From: Perkinsela sp. CCAP 1560/9
Lineage: Eukaryota; Protista; Euglenozoa: Kinetoplastea
Reading direction: 5' to 3'
Length of the DNA stretch: 64,000 nt
Assembly (NCBI GenBank): GCA_965644495.1
Contig: CBFFSA010000010.1
Span: 682,001 to 746,000, forward strand
Part shown: one piece after another, positions 1-11,951 of the stretch
Position numbering within the stretch: position 1 is the first letter of the stretch
How the letters are laid out: each line of letters starts with the position of its first letter
Program-made: the position numbers and the translations under genes
The notes under the pieces: model-generated
Database searches by the model: none
What the model saw: only the letters and a program-made list of their open reading frames with translations
Told to the model about the DNA's origin: nothing

Positions 1-769
1 CCAATAAAGCTAGGCTCTACACTGTATACAAAAATAAAAAAGTACTGTTACCCCCTCCCTTTATACTTCCGCAGGTTTCAGTGCTTTTGGAAGTATAAAG
101 GGAGGGCTTGAATTTTCGAAAAATACGCGAAAGAAATGTTTTTGAAAAGGGGGAAAAAGAAATTAGCCAAAAGCCAATCCTCTAATCTCCAAACATGCGG
201 GCACAATCTTTGTTTTCGTGTGCGTCTTGTAGACAATCAACGTACCGTGTACACTAGTGACTTCCGTACCTTGTTGTTTCTGTACCTTGTTGACTTTTTC
301 CAGGTAAAAAAATTTTGATGCCTCAGTCGGCGCAGGAATCGCCTTGCAGAAAATGTCCGCGCAGTCACTTTCCTGTAGCACTCGCATAGAATCCTATGAA
401 TCGCCTGCAAAGGTCAGTACTAAAAACTCAACTTTGCGAGAAATTATTATTATCGCGAGAGTAGCATCCTGTTTTTATCGTTAATGGTACGCGGCGTCGT
501 AAGGACTCGCCGACTTCGGCACTAAGAACTTCGCATGGAAATTTTGGGCGAGAAGCCATGGAGCGGCTTGTGGGGGGGTATGGGAAGACGACACGACCAC
601 GGAGTATCCATTCCCACATAAAGATCTTGAATATTTTCGTGTAAGCATTGTTGCGGTGTTCTCCAGGAAGAGAACGTAGGAAACATGATACAGAGTCTAG
701 AAGGCGGACGGCCGCTGCCTCTAGTGTCTGATAGTCTCACTCCCTAGATGGGGGAAGGGCACAGTATGC

Positions 770-926
770 AGTAAAAGATACTGCAAAGGAAAAGCGTAAG
801 TGGTTACATTCCATGGTCGCACGAGCCCACGATAAAATTACTACTACTATGAATGTACAGGACCAATTCGCAAAATTAGGTTACTTGAACCCTGCACTTG
901 CCCAGTTCCACTCTCCAGAGCTATAA
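770..926 (+). pseudogene. C-terminal remnant of a pogo-like transposase
   Basis: Translates KRKWLHSMVARAHDKITTTMNVQDQFAKLGYLNPALAQFHSPEL, clearly homologous to the C-terminus of ORF 19258..20022 (NRKWLHCTVAQAHTDVISTMDVTKQFKHLGYLNPSIAEFHSPHL). Confidence 0.7.
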
Positions 927-1652
927 ATTCCTACAGTCCGCGTGCATCAGCACAAGATTATGATTTCCCAGCAGTTTCAACGCGGCGCACAGTCGGGAAA
1001 TAGAACCCGAAACAAAGCGTCAAGAAAGCAGCACACAAGTAGTGATCAAGCGGAAAGATGAAACTGAAGTCTAAGATCCAAGAAGCAAGTTGAAAAGAAA
1101 CATAAAGTTAAACGATAAGATGAACGGTATAAACCACCAACGAGTAAGTGACCCCCATTTTTTTCGTACAGGGGGTGTAGGGGGTGTTTTGTAATGCAGA
1201 GATATTTGTACCTCCAGAGATATTTAGGCCCAGCAGTAGTAGGCGCAATGAGTTGTTTGCTGGAATCGAGGACTGGGCTTTGTTTCACGAGTCGTCCGAC
1301 GATACTTATTCCGATACTGGAATCAGCAACAGCGAGGCAAAGCGCCTTGTTTCACTCCGTCGATCAGCGAATGCATGGAACAAGCGTGTTCGCACTACAG
1401 ATGACGGTATGCAGTCTCGAGAAGATGTTGATCTTCTTACCAAGCGAGCAGCTGTTGAAGCAGCGTCATGCATGTTGTCGACCTCGACTTCATCCAACAA
1501 TACCGCGAAACCCATCATTATTAGAGGAAGCTCATTATCTCGAATGGAATTTCGGCCTGAATAGCTCGACACAAATTTGTCTACTTCGTTAACGCATCTT
1601 ACGGCATTGTGCTTTCGCAAATTGATGCAGTTGAAAGATTATTCTCCTTGGG

Positions 1653-1800
1653 ATATACATATAAATATAAACATAATACATATAAATACATATAAATATA
1701 TATAAATATACATATTTATATGAAAATAAAACATATTTATATAAAACATATTTATATGAAATACATATACAAAAATAAATATATACATATTTATATGTAT
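1653..1800. repeat. AT-rich low-complexity (ATAT/ACAT) tract
   Basis: Nearly pure A/T with recurring ACATATTTATAT units. Confidence 0.85.
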
Positions 1801-2248
1801 TAGGCTGACAACTGAGGGGGGTGCTTCGGGGGAGCATAAATCAATCGGAGCTTAACTCTCCTACTAGCGATTGCGTTTAGCGACGAATGTGAAGAAATGC
1901 AAGTAGGTCATTCGGGAGAACGCGATATGACCGAATTTAATGTCGATGGACTTCGGGATTTTCCCAACGACCAATAAATAATCCCGATATTTGATGTGCA
2001 ATGGGCCATCTCTCAGCATTAAAATTTAAAAATTTAATAAAAAGAATATTAATTAAAAAAGAAAATCAAGTAAACGAATTACCGTTATATCATTACAATT
2101 ACCGTTACGCTTCATCACAAAAGAGGATAAGTAGCGTACTAGGATATCTAACGGGGGGGGGGGTAACGGTATGTCAATTACTTGATATTAAACGGGAGGG
2201 GGTATTACTTTGCTTTCCCTAGAACTGATCAAGCCCACGAAAAAAGCA

Positions 2249-2872
2249 TCAAAGTATTTCGTCTGTCAGCCATGAGTTCGGTATATCCCACCATACACCT
2301 TTAGGAACAGCTTTTTTAGACAAAGATCCATGTAGTCTGGGATTATCTTTTATACTAAAGCTCGAACCCAACTGTGCAAGGGACGAATGTTGAAGACATA
2401 AAAAATCCACAAAACCACTGAAGTCGCAATCTGACAATGCTAAAACTCGAATGTTAGGAGGAAGATGCTCGAAATGTAGTTGTCCACTAAAAGCGTTGGA
2501 ATCCACCCACAAATGAACCAAGCCTAGAGGTAATGCGGAAAAATCGACAGTACCGCTGAGCAGGTTGTTAAATATATTCAAAGATCTCACAGACCGCGGT
2601 AAATGTTGCCAATGTAATGCTCCTCGCAATCCTTGACTACACCAGCTAATACGGATAACTTCATCTTGCTTATTGCAATTCATGCCATCCCACTCACATA
2701 CAGGTGTGGCAGTACTCCAGGACGCATGTGGATTTTCAACATCACTAATGAACTTCGCGAGTTCGTATTCCTGGGGGAGAAATGTGCCCCTTACCTTTGC
2801 TGCACGTGAAACTGAAGTCGCAGAATTATCCACACTACTGCAAAGTAGGTGCAAAGAAAACATTTCAATCAT
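2249..2872 (-). CDS. Short leucine-rich repeat protein (LRRNT-like cap + LRRs), family copy 1
   Basis: W..ATPVCEWDGMNC cap, then LxxLxIxNNxLSGxVDFxxLP repeats; near-duplicate of 5207..5830. Confidence 0.9.
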   Translation of the reverse strand: MIEMFSLHLLCSSVDNSATSVSRAAKVRGTFLPQEYELAKFISDVENPHASWSTATPVCEWDGMNCNKQDEVIRISWCSQGLRGALHWQHLPRSVRSLNIFNNLLSGTVDFSALPLGLVHLWVDSNAFSGQLHFEHLPPNIRVLALSDCDFSGFVDFLCLQHSSLAQLGSSFSIKDNPRLHGSLSKKAVPKGVWWDIPNSWLTDEIL

Positions 2873-3117
2873 AGTTTTGAGAATATCAAATTTTGGAATT
2901 CTTCATGTCTTGTTATCGTTCGAGATAACATTCGAGAACTGTGACATTGTACGTCAATCTTCACTTTGGATGTACTGCAGAAGTGTACGGTTTTGTCTGC
3001 CACCATTTGCCACCGTCTGCCACTATTTTGCAAAATTTATGCTTTTGTTTATGAGTCTAAATCAGTTGCTTTACAAATTTCCTCAATCATACTTCAATCA
3101 ATAATAATTTTTTTTTC

Positions 3118-4028
3118 AGTTTTGGACCACCGGAGACCCTTTTTATTAGGCTCTTCGTTAAACGCGGTGGTTGTTTTCAACTTAGAAGTCACTCATGATG
3201 CGCGCTTTGCGTTGAAAACTACCGCTGCGTTTAACGAAGAGCCTAAAAAAGAAAATTTAGCCTGGAAAACGGAAAGATTATAGCCAAAAATAGCCGATTT
3301 TCGGGTAAAAATGGGGTGATTTTCGCGTATTTTTGCTCTCAGAGCACTAAATCCGACACTTGCGCGTGGGAAATCACTCGTAGGCATGAATGAAAGCCTA
3401 CCGAACGTATTGGGTAGAGAATGCGACTCCAACCATACCATTCTTTCGACACAAAAATGCCCCTTTAGGTCCGAAAAATACTTTTTCACCTTTTTTAGTC
3501 AAAAATGGGTCATTTTGAGGGGCGCACCACGGTTAGAAGAAGGGATACCTTGCGAAAACAACTGCGGAGAAAGCTAGTGTAGGTCCCAAACTATCAAAAT
3601 ACAATAGGGGAAACGATTTTGGAAAAATATTTTTTTGCCATTTTTTTCGCCAAGTTGAATTTTTTTTCAAATTTTTTTTTCCGAAAAAATCCGAACTTGG
3701 CGGACCCGTCCTGCGGATACGCGGGGGGGTCACCCCCGGGTAGGGGGGTGGAAAATGCGCGCCAAGACCCCGGCTACCCTTTCTGCGTTTTTTTTTCGAA
3801 AACTAATTTTTTCGAAAAAATCTGCTCGACCATGATCCCCCCCCTGGACCCCCCCCATGGACCCCCCATTTTTTTCAATTTTTTTTTTCAGTTTTGGCCC
3901 ACCGGAGCCCCCTTTTATATTTTTTTCTTCTATTATATTACTGTGTTCCTCTTTATATTTTCACTGTTTTTGTTCACTTTTTTTTCAATAATCGAGTGTA
4001 GAGCGGTAGTTTTACAACCACCGCAATA
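3118..4028 (+). mobile_element. Non-autonomous hairpin-ended repeat (putative Helitron/Helentron-type), most complete + strand copy
   Basis: Contains a ~105-bp palindrome (TAGGCTCTTCGTTAAACGCGG...GCGTTTAACGAAGAGCCTA), GGACCCCCC units and a terminal hairpin GCGGTAGTTTTACAACCACCGC. About 10 full or partial copies occur in the window. Confidence 0.7.
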
Positions 4029-4080
4029 TTTCCTAAAGCAATACTATTTAAGAAGTCTTTAAGAACATTTTTTTGGCACA

Positions 4081-5050
4081 ATGCCCGAGCCTGTCACTAA
4101 GAAAATGTGCCCGAGATGTAAAGAATTTAAGGTTTTGCGCAACGTCCCACTTGTTGCACCAAAGCGTTGTCTTGTTTGTGCGTGTCGCATAGACGGCAGC
4201 GACACAGAACCTTGCGTATCCTGTAAGCAAGTAGTTGTACCTCTTGGCGCACAGTACTGCCCACTGTGCTTGACTCCACAAGAAGTTGAAGGACTTCCAA
4301 CCTCTGTAGTGGATCAAATTAGGTGCGAAGGCATGGACGAAGAGATGGTCATGCATACTTGCATTGCACGCAGTGTATGTTGCACAGAGTGTATGTTGGA
4401 GTTCCCTTCAACGGTGCCACGCTTAAGCGCGGGCATATTGGGAATATGCTCATTTTAATGAAAAAGCGATTTATTGTTTAGAAGGAAAAAGTGCACGTCC
4501 GTGCTGCAGAAGCAGTTGTCCGGTACTTAGATCGTGCGATCAGCAAGCCGCAGATGCGCGGGGCAAAAAACAATTTTGCCAACATGTGGGCGTCTTGCAA
4601 AGCAGATGCATCACGGGAAAGAAAATAATGTGTGAGCGTGTTGTGGTGGCTTCAAAGGAGTTACTACGCGCTACAGTCCGGTCAAAGGAGAGTATTCGCT
4701 AGCTTCTATTTTCTTCAAATGGGGGAGTTACTTCACCATATCGGAGTATCTTGCAATGAAATTTCGGACGGGATGGGGAGAGCAAACTTGTGCGAACAAT
4801 ATCATACATTTTTTCCCGCACGTACCACGACATGAAGAACACGTGGCTAGATTTGGATGATGACATATTATTTCACGAAGACAATAACGCCATCCCATTT
4901 TGGAATGAGGACGTCAAGGTGATATTCGACACAGTGCCATTATACATGGATAACCTACCCCACTGCTATCAACCCAAATACTCAACGCACGTTGCTAAAG
5001 CTTTCGTTGCGTGCATATTCAGTAGGTATGTATGTTTTGTAGGCGACTAG
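4081..5050 (+). pseudogene. Degraded two-gene transposon: 4xCxxC zinc-ribbon ORF plus DDE_Tnp_4-like transposase fragment
   Basis: 4081..4458 is homologous to 40277..40642. 4790..5050 (IFDTVPLYMD..CYQPKYSTHVAKAFVAC) is homologous to 41161..42012. Confidence 0.7.
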
Positions 5051-5206
5051 TATTTTAGTCTTTTTTTCGGTTTTTTCCAATATTTAGTTATTGTGCCTAG
5101 AACCACGTATTGTGCCTAAAGCCAGTTATTGGTGAGACAAAATCATATTAGCCGAAAGCATACAGATGAAAAAATATTTCACACGAATCAGTCCGCGAAA
5201 AAATCA

Positions 5207-5830
5207 TCAACCTATTTGGTCCGTGAGCCATGAGTTCGGTATATCCCACCACGCACATTTCGGAACAGCTTTTTTAGACAAAGATCTCTGTAGTCTGGGA
5301 TTCCCTTTTAGCTGAAGGTATGAACCCAACTGTGCAAGGGACGAATGTTGAAGATAAGAAAAATTCGCAAAACCGCTGAAGTCACAACTTGATATATTTA
5401 AAACTCTAATATTAGGAGGAAGATGTTCGAAATGTAGTTCTCCACTAAAAGCATTGGAATGCACCCACAAATTTCGCAAGCCTCGAGGCAATGCGGAAAA
5501 GTCGACACTACCGCTGAGATGGTTGTAGGAGATATCTAGAAATGTGACAGACCGCGGTAAATGTTGCCAATGTAATATTCCACGTAGCTCTCGATAAGCC
5601 CAACTGATATCTATAATTTCGCCTTGTTTATCGCATTTCGCGCCATCCCACTCACATACAGGTGTGGCAGTACTCCAGGACTCACGTGGATTTCCAACAT
5701 CACTAATGAACTTTGCGAGTTCGTGTTCCTGGGGGAGAAACGTGCCCCTTACCTTTGCTGCACGTGAAACTGAAGTCGCAGAATTATCCACACTATTGCA
5801 AAGTAGGTGCAAAGAAAACATGTGAATCAT
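5207..5830 (-). CDS. Short LRR protein, family copy 2
   Basis: 207 aa paralog of 2249..2872 with the same length and motifs. Confidence 0.9.
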   Translation of the reverse strand: MIHMFSLHLLCNSVDNSATSVSRAAKVRGTFLPQEHELAKFISDVGNPRESWSTATPVCEWDGAKCDKQGEIIDISWAYRELRGILHWQHLPRSVTFLDISYNHLSGSVDFSALPRGLRNLWVHSNAFSGELHFEHLPPNIRVLNISSCDFSGFANFSYLQHSSLAQLGSYLQLKGNPRLQRSLSKKAVPKCAWWDIPNSWLTDQIG

Positions 5831-6529
5831 AGTTTCAGATCAAATAAATTTATAGCACAAAGAGAAGTTCAAGTTTTGGAATTCATCATGTTTTGGTATG
5901 ATTCTAGATCAAGTGTGAATTGTGTGTCAACAAGCACTTTGCCACTAAGCTTTTTCTACGTTTTTTATAAGCTACATACATACAGTAATTACGGTTAGAT
6001 CAAGCAAAATGCTAAAAGATAAGTCTGCATGTATCCATTTCCCTGCCCCAGGAACGAGGCATATAAGCGGGATTCGGACTCTCTCGATTTTTTAGGGCCA
6101 ATTTTTAGCCGCACGAGCGATACAGGATGTAAATAAGCTAAAGCTTCTTTCATACTGTTTGATCACGTAGCAGCTTCGAGTCCTTCCCACTGCGTTTCCA
6201 CCCATTAATTATCCAAAGCAACCAATAAGAATGTCATGCATCGACAAACCTACCCGCTGCCTACCAGCCAATCTCACATAATTTTTTCCTTCTCACCCCC
6301 GTACAACAAACGCTCGGTTTCTTTTTGTGCTTTTACTTGTGCTTCACCAGTACTACCCTACACCGCAGCGCACATTTCCTTGCCTTACATCCACAAGTTT
6401 CTACATTTCTCCCTCTGCTACCTCAATAAGAGGGCTGAAACTGAGTAAAGCAAATTCAGGCAAATTCGGGCAAATTTTGTGGCGCCCTATTGGGTACTGG
6501 TGAGGAATACAGTTGGAAAATTTTAGGCG

Positions 6530-6810
6530 GGGAAAATCTCTCTTACTGGAGGGGGTGGGTATGCTTTTTTGGCCAGTTTCCTCTTTTCTCCCAATTTTTT
6601 TGACCATTTTTTCCATTTTTTCTTCTGAAAACGTGTTAAAACGCTTCTTTGGGTTACCCCCGAGGCCCCCAACATGCAGACACCCACCCCCTACCCCCTA
6701 TACGCCTCCTGCGGGGCTTCCGAACCAAATCTCTCTTACTGGGGGTCAGCCCAAAAAGGGCCAAATCTCTCTTACTGGGGGGGGAGGTACCTTACTGGGG
6801 GGGTATACGG
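6530..6810. mobile_element. Right part of a pogo-type MITE
   Basis: Ends TTACTGGGGGGGTATACGG|TA, the reverse complement of TA|CCGTATACCCCCCAGTAA at ~49697; same family as 16992..17281. Confidence 0.6.
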
Positions 6811-7717
6811 TATCCATATTAGAAGTACGCTTAAAATCAAGTAATTCCTTACGATTTCTCTTTCTGCTAAGATTCTGTCTTATTCGGAGGTATCATGACG
6901 CGTAAAGTAATGATTGAACAAAATTAATATTCTTTTTTCTATTTTTTTTATCCCCCAACCACTACGCCAGCTAGCGTACAACGCGTTTTACAAGACGCTT
7001 TATAAGGCTTCCTTTTCACTTTTTATAAAACATAAGAACTTTATAAACTTTCTCATTAAGATCTACATTAGAGGCCAGCTAAATCATATGGCTTTCGCTT
7101 CTTGGAAACTGCTTCAGTTTCGACACAGTTCGTCTGCTTTACAGACGAATTCAAATTTTAAATTTCAAGACGTAGCACCTTTTTGCGCAGGATCGAAATT
7201 TCATTACGCATTTCTTCTATTTCAACTCGCAACTTTTGTTACCTTTTTAATGGCATGCCGAACGTTTCTTGAATAGAGTACGCCACCCACTTTCTCAAGG
7301 TCAAGTACCTCTCAGAATCAGGAGAATCAGGACCGTCATCCACGTATTCATCGTTGCTCGGAGGAAGGTCGTAGTCGAACATACACCTTAAGAAAACAGA
7401 AAACACAGACAACAAAGAAGCCAATGTCAGAGAAGTCAATTATTATACAGGTGAGGGGCTGCGGGTGTGCATCACCGAACCCGCACCGAACCCGCACCGA
7501 ACCCGCGCTTTGCATTTGAGGTCGAACGAGATCTATTTTAGCCCAAAAAAATGGATTGTACACGTACAAAGTAGTTTAAAGTGTAGTTTTTTTAGTTTGT
7601 TACCGTACTACTGTGAAAATACGATGTACGCTGTATACGGTGCTGTATACGAACGGTGTATGCATTACACAAATCAAATGTACAATTAATATACCCTCCA
7701 CAATACATGCATAATTC

Positions 7718-8909
7718 GGTCAAAGTGAAGCATTATTGTGCCTTTTTTGAAAAAAAGTAAAGGTTTTTCAATTTTCTATTTTTCGACCGCTACTACTTAT
7801 TTCTTATGGTTTCACTTCCAGAAAGCCGAGTCTGCAAACTAATTTGAGGTCTTCATACAGTCGTCTTATTGGGTGCCCCTCGCTATTTCCAATCTTCAGA
7901 CGACCATTCACAACTTCTCCACTGAACTTTATCCGATCTTCCCTTTCTTCATCAAAGCACCCAAGGGTCCCATTCCCACTTCTTTCTTGAGCATCCCGTT
8001 CATGCGTTCAACAGTGTTGGTGTGTACACCAGTGTTGGGGTCCACCCAAAATCGTCGATGATTTACTGTCTCATGCCGCAAGTCGTTTCCGAGGGAACGA
8101 CTCGCTCGCCAGCAATCAGTGCGCGCCACGGCCCGGCTCCCAGCAGACAACTCAATGACTTGTGTATTCAGACTCTCAGCACTTCGATTTTCCAGAGGGC
8201 TTACAAATATTTCCTTCGCTTTCTGATTTCTCGTAGTACTTGTAATCACATGCACCCATTGTGACCCATTCTTACGGACGCGACGTGGTTTGTAGCTGCC
8301 CCCTTTTTTTGCGTTGAGAAGCATGTTTCGTCTTTTTGCATATGATTTATTGTTCCAGCCGCTTCTATAGTGCGAATGTCATGGGCATGAGAAATCATGG
8401 ACTCCAGTATGTGGGATATGTTCGTTACTGTTCGAGCGCTAAGCTGACATTCTAACGCAATTTGTTCCCGTCCGTTGCGACAGCTCATTCCGTAAAGAAC
8501 GTGAAGCACCTGTTTTGCTGTTCGTCGCTTAAATGCAGTAAGAAGAGGTTGTAGGTAGTAGAGTTTTCCTCGGCATTTTTTCCTCTCAGGGCATATCCAG
8601 TGCTCTCCTACAAGGTTGCAAGGGAGAGGAGCATGCTGTTTCGCGCAAGTAACTGCTTTGTACAAGAGTCCATGGTTCTTCATCCATTCAACAACGCGAG
8701 ATTCCTCCGTTGAACTGAGCAGACTATAGGAAAAAGTGTCAGTACACGCGAAATCATTGCAACGAGCGCAGTTCATAGTGAGAAACCGTGAAAAAAAATT
8801 GTGTTTTTATTGATTTGAGACACTCTAAAAGAAAACACATTTGTTTCAAATCAATATTTAAAAAACATAAAAAATATTTTTTTTGGCGCAATAATGCTTC
8901 ACTTTCACC
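7718..8909 (-). mobile_element. Merlin (IS1595/ISXO2-like) DNA transposon
   Basis: 25-bp TIR GGTCAAAGTGAAGCATTATTGTGCC / GGCGCAATAATGCTTCACTTTCACC; perfect 8-bp TSD CATAATTC (7710..7717 and 8910..8917). Confidence 0.92.
7929..8776 (-). pseudogene. Frameshifted Merlin/ISXO2-type DDE transposase
   Basis: Cys-rich N-terminus and HMQKDETCF, frameshift near 8310, then RTDCWR and HETVNHRRFWVDPNTGVHTNTVER. Confidence 0.85.
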
Positions 8910-8940
8910 CATAATTCTTTTACATTATCCTCCTTTTAAT

Positions 8941-9604
8941 ATGATGAGCCCTGTTGAGAGCAACGAAGATTTCACTTCACGTATGAAGGTAACATCTGCG
9001 AGGGATGATGACGTATACGACGTCATTGTCGCATCGCTTATGCGCACCTTCACGAAGCGCAAAACTCCTTTCGCCCCCCCAGCGCTCGTTATCACTGAGG
9101 AGGAGTTGGGAGCCAAGGTGGAAGAATGTAAGAGGCGCATATCGCGCACGATGGACAGCTACTCTGTCCAGCTACTCTGTGTGTGGCGTGGAGGTTAGCT
9201 CCCAAGTGCTGCAGCGTGTCATCTTCCACCTTGTGGAGCGCCGAGGACACCTTCTCTTGGATTGTCTGCCACGAGGGGTCTACTTCCTTGCAGAGGCGAC
9301 GCGTGATCTAGAAGCTTTCTTGGAACAGAACCCTCTCTACGCCCCTCCTCATGAAGGAGCTGTGGGGGAGTTCGTGGAGAACGTGTGGCGTTCTGTTTCA
9401 GGAAAGCGTTCCAGATCATGCACTCTGTGGCGCAAACGGAAGAGTGGCCAGGGTAAAGAAAACGTAGCAGAGGAATCCCTTTCTTCTACGGTGATCTCTT
9501 CACCCAACTTGCGCACTCAACCTTCCTCGCTCCCTCAACCTTCGCTTGGGGAAGCCTCTTTGAAGCCACGTTCCTCTCGCGTGGTGCGCTTTCCTTCCCT
9601 TTAG
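8941..9604 (+). pseudogene. Accessory ORF of the 7452..11151 element (frameshifted, unknown function)
   Basis: Two overlapping + strand ORFs (8788..9198, 9005..9604) lie upstream of the transposase inside the TIRs; no recognised domain. Confidence 0.4.
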
Positions 9605-9804
9605 TTTTCCCTCGCAGAAGCGAACGTTTCCCCCACAAAGCGTACGTAAGAGAAAAAGAGTTGTAATTCAAGAGAAGTGATAAGCTCGTTTTTTTTGAAG
9701 TTTGAAGTGCTAACCTTTATATATCATTCTTTTTTTAGATATCATGCATCTTGTATCATGAATAAGTTAGGTATCTTACCCATGAATGTCATCTTATATG
9801 TATC

Positions 9805-10899
9805 ATGAATAAGTTAGGTATCTTACCCATGAATGTCATCTTACTTTTTGGTTTCTCTCTAGGCGATATTTTATCCTGCAATTCTATCATGTACGGCATT
9901 ACCAGAGAGCAACTCACAGATTTTTTTCTTGAGCTACAGAGAGCAAGTCCTCTTGTCGCCACGGACACTGATCTCAGACGCCTTAGCTTTTCCTTAGCTA
10001 TGTGCGCTTTGAACTGCACATGGGAACAACTGTATGATTTACAGCCCATGTGGATTGCTCCCGAAACTCCTCCTCTATCCATCAGGACTCTCCGCGATGA
10101 CTTTAGCCGCATCGCTGATCTTTGCCGCTCTCCTGCTTTAATGAATCCAAAACTTCGTTTCAAGCATGGGGTATCTTGGATGTCTGACGTGACATGTATG
10201 ATGGACGTCACGACAATCCCATGTCGTGCAAGGAAGCCGCGGGACATATGGGACGAAGCCTCTCAGGAAATGAGAAAAAAAGATGCGACCTACTCCGGCA
10301 AGCACAGGGAACACTGTTTTAAAGTGGAGTTCTGGCTTACGCTTGCCGGAGTCCCTATTTTTTTTCGCGGACCCGTTCCGGGCAGTGTACATGATGCGAA
10401 AATTTATAAAGAAAGAACCACGCACGGAACATTTCTTTTTGACCATCATGATGAAATGTTTTTGGCGGATCTAGGATACGTGGATTGCAACCACTGTTTT
10501 GTTCCATTCAAGGCACCACGCAAAGGTTGCCTTGATGAACACCAGGATCGGTTCAACCGCATGCATTCTTGGATTCGTTCAAGAATCGAGCGTTGTTTCG
10601 CTCATTTCGATAAATTTCGTTTTTGTCATGGAACGGATCACGATATTACGTGGGTAAAGGATGCCGTTCAGATTGTATCTGTTGCAGTGTATGGTTTGCT
10701 TGCATCAGAACCCCAGTACGACTTTGGTAGTGAAATAAATGTACACTTACAAAATATCGATGACTCATCTTTTTGTTGGTGTAGCAAAGGGTGTGGTTTA
10801 GTCAAACCGATTGATGAACGGAGGGATTGGCTCAAAGAACACATATACGATGTGGGATATGTTCCCAAGAAACCACAGCATGGATCAAAAACTAAATAA
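9805..10899 (+). CDS. DDE_Tnp_4 (Harbinger/ISL2EU/IS5-like) transposase
   Basis: Motifs MDVTTIP, YSGKHREHCFK, GSVHDAKI, LADLGY and RSRIERCF. A 45-bp direct duplication (9752..9796 / 9799..9843) spans the start. Confidence 0.88.
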   Translation: MNKLGILPMNVILLFGFSLGDILSCNSIMYGITREQLTDFFLELQRASPLVATDTDLRRLSFSLAMCALNCTWEQLYDLQPMWIAPETPPLSIRTLRDDFSRIADLCRSPALMNPKLRFKHGVSWMSDVTCMMDVTTIPCRARKPRDIWDEASQEMRKKDATYSGKHREHCFKVEFWLTLAGVPIFFRGPVPGSVHDAKIYKERTTHGTFLFDHHDEMFLADLGYVDCNHCFVPFKAPRKGCLDEHQDRFNRMHSWIRSRIERCFAHFDKFRFCHGTDHDITWVKDAVQIVSVAVYGLLASEPQYDFGSEINVHLQNIDDSSFCWCSKGCGLVKPIDERRDWLKEHIYDVGYVPKKPQHGSKTK

Positions 10900-11399
10900 A
10901 ATTAAGTATCTAGTCGTTTTCCATGAATTGCGAAATGTAAACTACGTAGTCATATCGTATACATGGCTTATGAATTTTTGTTATTATCGTATATTATGTA
11001 CACTATGTATGTCGCACATTATGATTTCTCCTTCGATCTAACTATTTTTCTCCTTCAATGTCTGCAGCTCCGACTAATTTCGCATGCTTTCAGAGGATTT
11101 TTTTTCAACCCGCGCCGAACCCGCACCGAACCCGCGACCCGCAGCCCCTCAGGTATGTAGTTTAAAAAAGGAGAATACCTAGTAAATGTTTTTTAGCTAG
11201 TAAAGTTCTACCTAGTAAAAGATTTTTTTGATGGACGACTTCTAAAGCAAATTTAGGCAAATTCAGGCAAATTTAGAAAGGTTTCAGCCCTCTAAACCTC
11301 CTTCTGGGAGTGGGTAAAAAGGTTTCCAAACACTCAAGTCAACAAATGGCAAAGAAAACTTGAGTCGTCAAAAAACATTTGAAGATCTACATGGCACCC

Positions 11400-11895
11400 G
11401 CACACTGATAACGCATAAAACTCGCACACTAATATTGCATAATGCACACTGATAATGCATATAGGCACACTGATAATGCATATAGGCACACTGATAATGC
11501 ATATAGGCACACTGATAATGCATAAAACTCGCACACTGATAATGCATAATGCACACTGATAATGCATAATGCACACTGATAATGCATAATACACACTGAT
11601 AATGCATATAGGCACACTGATAATGCATATAGGCACACTGATAATGCATATAGGCACACTGATAATGCATAGTAACTCGCACACTGATAATGCATAATGC
11701 ACACTGATAATGCATAATGCACACTGATAATGCATAATGCACACTGATAATGCATAATGCACACTGATAATGCATAATGCACACTGATAACGCATAATGC
11801 ACACTGATAATGCATAATGCACACTGATAATGCATAATGCACACTGATAATGCATAATGCACACTGATAACGCATAATGCACACTGATAATGCAT
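11400..11895. repeat. Tandem array of ~20-bp unit GCACACTGATAATGCATAAT (about 24 copies, with 21-24 bp variants)
   Basis: Directly visible; inverted copies at 13883..13927. Confidence 0.95.
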
Positions 11896-11951
11896 GAAGC
11901 CTATATTAACACAAAGACTGTTTTTTTTGATAATTTTTGTTGCATTTTAGT

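Larger units (their letters stand above)
7452..11151 (+). mobile_element. TIR element (PIF/Harbinger-ISL2EU group) carrying a transposase and an accessory ORF
   Basis: Perfect 15-bp TIR TGAGGGGCTGCGGGT / ACCCGCAGCCCCTCA; GG on both flanks; CCGAACCCGCA direct repeats inside both ends. Confidence 0.8.
6430..11292. mobile_element. PIF/Harbinger-type element (outer shell of a nested stack)
   Basis: TIR GAGGGCTGAAAC (6430) / GTTTCAGCCCTC (11292); TAA direct repeat on both sides; GCAAATTCAG-type subterminal repeats at both ends. Confidence 0.75.

Noticed and set aside
1184-1592. Overlapping 126-aa and 132-aa ORFs
   Set aside because: No recognisable motifs; they follow a Tc1-like TIR remnant (~1129..1170) and are likely TE debris.
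3193-3489. Recurrent 98-aa ORF (also 20678..20974 and 24248..24679)
   Set aside because: It is conserved only because the repeat copies are young; no recognisable domain and a non-ATG start.
11334-11895. Long Cys/His-rich ORFs (MHYQCALCIISV repeats), also at 23085..23762
   Set aside because: These are translations of stop-free 20-bp tandem arrays, open in all three frames; not genes.
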